A stretch of 64,000 nucleotides of DNA from an uncultured delta proteobacterium (GTDB lineage: Bacteria; Desulfobacterota; Desulfobacteria; Desulfobacterales; Desulfosalsimonadaceae). Location: contig CAWGYD010000006.1 of NCBI GenBank assembly GCA_963826785.1, forward strand, positions 1,024,001 to 1,088,000, given 5' to 3'. How positions within the stretch are numbered: position 1 is the first letter of the stretch; each line of letters starts with the position of its first letter. Made by a program: the position numbers and the translations under genes. Below, in pieces: positions 60,009-64,000 of this stretch. A model generated the notes under the pieces. That model searched no databases and had not been told where the DNA came from. It saw nothing but the letters and a program-made list of their open reading frames with translations.

Positions 60009-61832
60009 ATGAACTGCCCCCGATGCAAAATTCCCGTCAAAGCGCATTACCGGTTCTGTCCGAGCTGCGGCTCCGATCTGGATGCCGCATCCGGGCGGGG
60101 ACGGATGAGATCGGCCTTTTTGATAGTATTGGTGGCCGCAGCAGGCCTTTTGTTTTATGTCCATCGATTCGACCGGGTGACGCCGCGCACTGGCGAGCCT
60201 GCCAACGGCGGCACCATTGCGGCTCCGATCGCACAAAGCGATGCGATCAGCCCACCCGCCCAATCCGTTGATGCGCAGCCGCCGGTCGCTCCCCGGCAGG
60301 GGATCATTTCCATTTATGACATTTCCGGCGGGCTGCTGGCCCGGCTGCCTGCCGCGGTATCCGGGGGCGGGTGGGTGGCGCTGCCCGCAAAAACATGCGT
60401 GGGCGGGTTTAGCTGGACCTTTGCGCCGCCGGGCGAAGCCGGAGGGGACATCATCGGCGGTGTTCTCGGGGATGACGACGAGGTGGGGGTCTGGCAGCTC
60501 AATCGCATGGACCGGTTTTTCGGCCCGCCCCTGGTCCCCGCCGACCTCGATGCCCCCCTGCAGTGGATCTCCCTTGTGTCCTCAAAGACGGCTGAAATTA
60601 AACATCCGGTCGTGCTTTCCCAACATCAGAATGCCGCCCGGCTGGTTCTGCCCGAAGCCGTGGATGAACCCGGGGTGTTCATGCAGAACGGAACGCTGGC
60701 GGGATGGACATTTGAAGACCCGGCGCGGGGGTATGCCTGGACCGGCCTGGATGAGGACGAACTGGTGATGGAGATGACGGTGACGGATTTTTATCGGCTC
60801 TCCTTTGAAGACAGCCGGGAGGAGCAATTCATCCGCGCCCGCGCCGTTTCGGAAAGCCAGCCGGTTCAGCAGTTGAACGCATTTGCCGCCGGTTTTCTCA
60901 AAAAGCCCCGGCTGTCTGCCAAAGACACGCCGCCGCAGTGGACCGCCGAGGCCGCCATTTTGCAGATGCGCGACCTGATCACCCGGCTGGTGGAAGAGGA
61001 CTGGCCCCGGGATGTGTTTGCCGTTCTGGACGCAAAAGTCCTTGCCGGAACCGGTGACGAGGCGTTTATCGAAGATGTGCTCACTCTGGTGAGCCGAACC
61101 CGCGGCGCGGACCCAGCGCTTTTAATGCTGGCCGATGTGCTGGCGGACGGCCGAAGCCTTTCTTCGGGGCAGACGGATAAGCTGAAATCGTTTCAGCGGG
61201 AATTATTTCTGCAATGGCTGAACCAGTTGTATGCGGCCGGACAGTTCCAGGCCGGGTGGACGGCTTACGGCCGGGCTGCGGATATCTTCACCGATGACCC
61301 GGATATAGGCATTCTTGGCATCCGCCTGGCCCTGGCTCTGGGTGACTGGGCAATGGCCGAGCGGCTGGTGAATGCCCGCGCGTACCCCGAAGCGTTTTCC
61401 GGACCGCTGCGGGATGCCCGGACCCGCATCGAGGAGCTGAAAGCCCCCCGCAAAGCCATCGCCATCCGGTTCGCCCCCGGTTCTTCCCGGGTGCCGGCGG
61501 ATGCGGTCATTGACGATCGCCTGCCCCTGTCCTTCGTGGTGGATACCGGCGCCACAATGGTGACCATCCCCACCCAGGCCGCAGTTCGCCTGGGATACGA
61601 TGTGAATGCCGCCCCCATGCAGACCCTGATGACCGCCGGGGGAATGGTCCGCGCTCCGAAGATCATCCTGGATTCCATCAGCGTGGGCGGATGGGTGGAA
61701 TACCGGGTGCCCGCGGTGGTGCTCGACCTGCCGGATAAATCGGATATCGGCCTTCTGGGGCTTAATTTCCTCAACCGTTTCCGCATGGATTTGAACAGCA
61801 GGGAAGGCATGCTGGTTCTTCATCCCAAATGA
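60009..61832 (+). CDS. Zinc-ribbon/TM-anchored protein with C-terminal retropepsin-like (clan AA) aspartic protease
   Basis: CPRC...FCPSCG, TM helix, helical middle region, FVVDTGATMV and GLLGLNFL. Confidence 0.8.
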   Translation: MNCPRCKIPVKAHYRFCPSCGSDLDAASGRGRMRSAFLIVLVAAAGLLFYVHRFDRVTPRTGEPANGGTIAAPIAQSDAISPPAQSVDAQPPVAPRQGIISIYDISGGLLARLPAAVSGGGWVALPAKTCVGGFSWTFAPPGEAGGDIIGGVLGDDDEVGVWQLNRMDRFFGPPLVPADLDAPLQWISLVSSKTAEIKHPVVLSQHQNAARLVLPEAVDEPGVFMQNGTLAGWTFEDPARGYAWTGLDEDELVMEMTVTDFYRLSFEDSREEQFIRARAVSESQPVQQLNAFAAGFLKKPRLSAKDTPPQWTAEAAILQMRDLITRLVEEDWPRDVFAVLDAKVLAGTGDEAFIEDVLTLVSRTRGADPALLMLADVLADGRSLSSGQTDKLKSFQRELFLQWLNQLYAAGQFQAGWTAYGRAADIFTDDPDIGILGIRLALALGDWAMAERLVNARAYPEAFSGPLRDARTRIEELKAPRKAIAIRFAPGSSRVPADAVIDDRLPLSFVVDTGATMVTIPTQAAVRLGYDVNAAPMQTLMTAGGMVRAPKIILDSISVGGWVEYRVPAVVLDLPDKSDIGLLGLNFLNRFRMDLNSREGMLVLHPK

Positions 61833-62090
61833 CTAAAAACCATAGATTTGTGCACGCAAACATACCCGCGCCCGTGCATGTGCGCGAAAAAGAAGGCCGG
61901 ATCAAAACCCCAACATCATCAAGTCACATGCTGCATTCCTGCATGCACCAGTAAAATGCTTTTCGAGCGGATCCGCCGGCCCTTATTCATGGATCTTGTG
62001 GAAATGCTCAGGCTGTGATAAGCCCCTGAAGAAATGCTTAATCAACCATCACAATGGAAATTATCGGGATCGGTTATGAAAGAGGGGACA

Positions 62091-63725
62091 ATGAAGCGCT
62101 TCATCGAGGAATATGCGGGGGAGAAATTCGACCTGGTGGTGGTGGGCGGCGGCATCACCGGTGCGGCGGTGGCTTACGATGCCTCCAGCCGGGGCCTGAG
62201 CGTCGCCCTGGTCGAAAAAAACGATTACGGATGGGCCACCTCGGCGGCTACTTCAAAGCTGATTCACGGCGGCCTGCGCTACCTGCAGAACCTGGAATTC
62301 GGACTCGTGAGAGAATCCCTTCGGGAGCGCCGGATCCTGGAAAACATCGCCCCCAACCTGGTTTATCCCATCGAGTTTCTGGTCCCGGGGTACGGCGACG
62401 CCAGACGCAACCGGTGGATACTGAGGGCCGGCCTGACCCTGTATGATATCCTCTCCTTCGATCGGAAAATGACCTGGGACAAGAGCCAGCAGATCCCGCA
62501 CCATAAATGGGTGACCCGGGAGGACGTGACCCGGATGGAGCCCCAGGTCCGCACAGAGGGGCTTACCGGCGGGTCCATCTACTACGACTGCCAGAGCATC
62601 AATTCGGAGCGCCTGACCCTGGCGTTCATCAAATCGGCTCTTAGAAACGGCGCCCGGGCGGCAAATCATGCCCGGGTGGTCAAATTTCTGACGGCGGATG
62701 ACCACCGCATCACCGGGGTGCGGGTGGAGGATATGCTCACCGGTAAAATGGCCGAGATTTCCGCAAAACTGGTGATCAACTGCGGCGGCCCCTGGGCCGA
62801 TATCATCCGGAACCTGGCGGACCCCTCGGGGCAATCCAGGCATAAGATCACCCGGTCGGAGGGCATTCACATTCTCACCCGAAAATTTGAGACGCAAAAA
62901 GCGGTGGTCATGTGGACCCCCGCCGGACGCCATTTTTTCACCATCCCCTGGCGGGGAATGCAGCTGATCGGGACCACCGACCGGGAGTATGTGGGCAATC
63001 CCGATGAATACCGCGTCAGCCGGGAGAGCATTGAAGGATTGATCAAAGACACCAACGATTCCATCGGAGATGGAGATCTCACCTATGATGATGTGGTGTT
63101 CGCCTATGGCGGACTGCGGCCGCTGGTGGATAAGCAGACCGAGGGAACTTATGAATCTTCACGCAAATACGAGATCTATGACAATGCATCCGATGGTTTT
63201 GACGGGCTGATCACCGTGGAAGGGGGCAAATATACCACCAGCCGCCATCTGGCCCAAAGCGTTGTGGACATGGTGGAGAAAAAGCTGGGCCGGCCGGTAT
63301 CGGCGAAACCGGGGACGGACCGGCGCTACCTCGCCGGGTGCGACATCACGGATATGCCTACGTTCATGGCGGACCTGAGATCCGCATACAACAAATTCGA
63401 TGACGCCACGATCGAATTCATGGCCCGCAACTACGGCACGGAGGCGGCCGCCGTATTGCAGCTGGCCCTGCAGGGTGCGGATCTTGCCCGGGTGGTCACC
63501 CCGGACGGGCAGCTCCTGGCCGCCGTGGTATATGCCATCCGGATGGAATCAGCGGCGACCCTTTCCGATATCCTGTTTCGCAGAACCGCCATCGGGACCA
63601 TCGGACACCCGGGGCAGAAAATTCTGGAGGCGGTGGGCCGCACGGCCGCTATGGAATTGAATTGGGATGAGAAAAGACTTGCGGCTGAACTGGATACGGC
63701 AGCCGACCGGCTGACGCTGCCGTAA
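62091..63725 (+). CDS. glpD: Glycerol-3-phosphate dehydrogenase/oxidase (FAD-dependent)
   Basis: VGGGITGA, SKLIHGGLRYL, IGTTD, YGGLRPL, GGKYTT, RRT. Confidence 0.92.
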   Translation: MKRFIEEYAGEKFDLVVVGGGITGAAVAYDASSRGLSVALVEKNDYGWATSAATSKLIHGGLRYLQNLEFGLVRESLRERRILENIAPNLVYPIEFLVPGYGDARRNRWILRAGLTLYDILSFDRKMTWDKSQQIPHHKWVTREDVTRMEPQVRTEGLTGGSIYYDCQSINSERLTLAFIKSALRNGARAANHARVVKFLTADDHRITGVRVEDMLTGKMAEISAKLVINCGGPWADIIRNLADPSGQSRHKITRSEGIHILTRKFETQKAVVMWTPAGRHFFTIPWRGMQLIGTTDREYVGNPDEYRVSRESIEGLIKDTNDSIGDGDLTYDDVVFAYGGLRPLVDKQTEGTYESSRKYEIYDNASDGFDGLITVEGGKYTTSRHLAQSVVDMVEKKLGRPVSAKPGTDRRYLAGCDITDMPTFMADLRSAYNKFDDATIEFMARNYGTEAAAVLQLALQGADLARVVTPDGQLLAAVVYAIRMESAATLSDILFRRTAIGTIGHPGQKILEAVGRTAAMELNWDEKRLAAELDTAADRLTLP

Positions 63726-63799
63726 TGATCTTTTGAGAAAGGCTTTCTATCGGAAAAGTGACCGGGCCGCGCCATGAATGCGGGGGCGCTTCAATGGCG

Positions 63800-64000
63800 T
63801 TATTCATCGGTTTTCAGTTGGTCAAGGAATTTTTCCCCGTCTTCGATGCTGGTGACATTTTCAGCATGGTATCCCAGATCGGAGGAGACATTGTCGAATT
63901 GAATATGGGCAATGGCCCCGGTTTTCCGGCGGACCCGAACCACCCCGGACATGCCGGTATCCAAAAGCGTTTTTTGTGCCTTGCGGACATAGTCCTCAAA
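63800..64000 (-). CDS. C-terminal end of hypothetical protein (5'-truncated by window edge)
   Basis: Open frame FEDYVRKAQKTLLDTG...EKFLDQLKTDE* not listed in ORF track because its start is outside the window. Confidence 0.55.
   Translation of the reverse strand, partial: FEDYVRKAQKTLLDTGMSGVVRVRRKTGAIAHIQFDNVSSDLGYHAENVTSIEDGEKFLDQLKTDE

Overview
GC-rich bacterial chromosomal window. Gene content (many NtrC-type and stand-alone receiver regulators, DASS/SLC13 transporter clusters with CBS/USP/cytidylate-kinase-like partners, acyl-CoA metabolism, diadenylate cyclase) suggests a sulfate-reducing Desulfobacterota genome; this is inference. About 50 CDSs are present, including tamB plus a 7-POTRA Omp85, a cdaA-YbbR fusion, clpB, minCDE, trmL, nadK, serA and glpD. 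No rRNA, tRNA, CRISPR array, integrase or transposase was seen. Six genes are broken by nine single-base indels, mostly in short homopolymers, which look like long-read errors rather than real pseudogenes. The best candidate for an undescribed system is 18654-24473: an HD/PDE-like hydrolase, two paralogous MshEN(T2SSE_N)-like fusion proteins and a two-component pair. The two fusions together carry five DUF202-type membrane units (3+2), each preceded by a strict heptad ladder of 5-6 Arg/Lys, which recalls the five-subunit polyphosphate channel of the eukaryotic VTC complex. Other notable items are a well-formed integron attC site directly before a lipocalin (blc) gene, two sigma-54 promoters, a leader terminator, a 126-bp MITE-like element and several palindromic intergenic repeat families.
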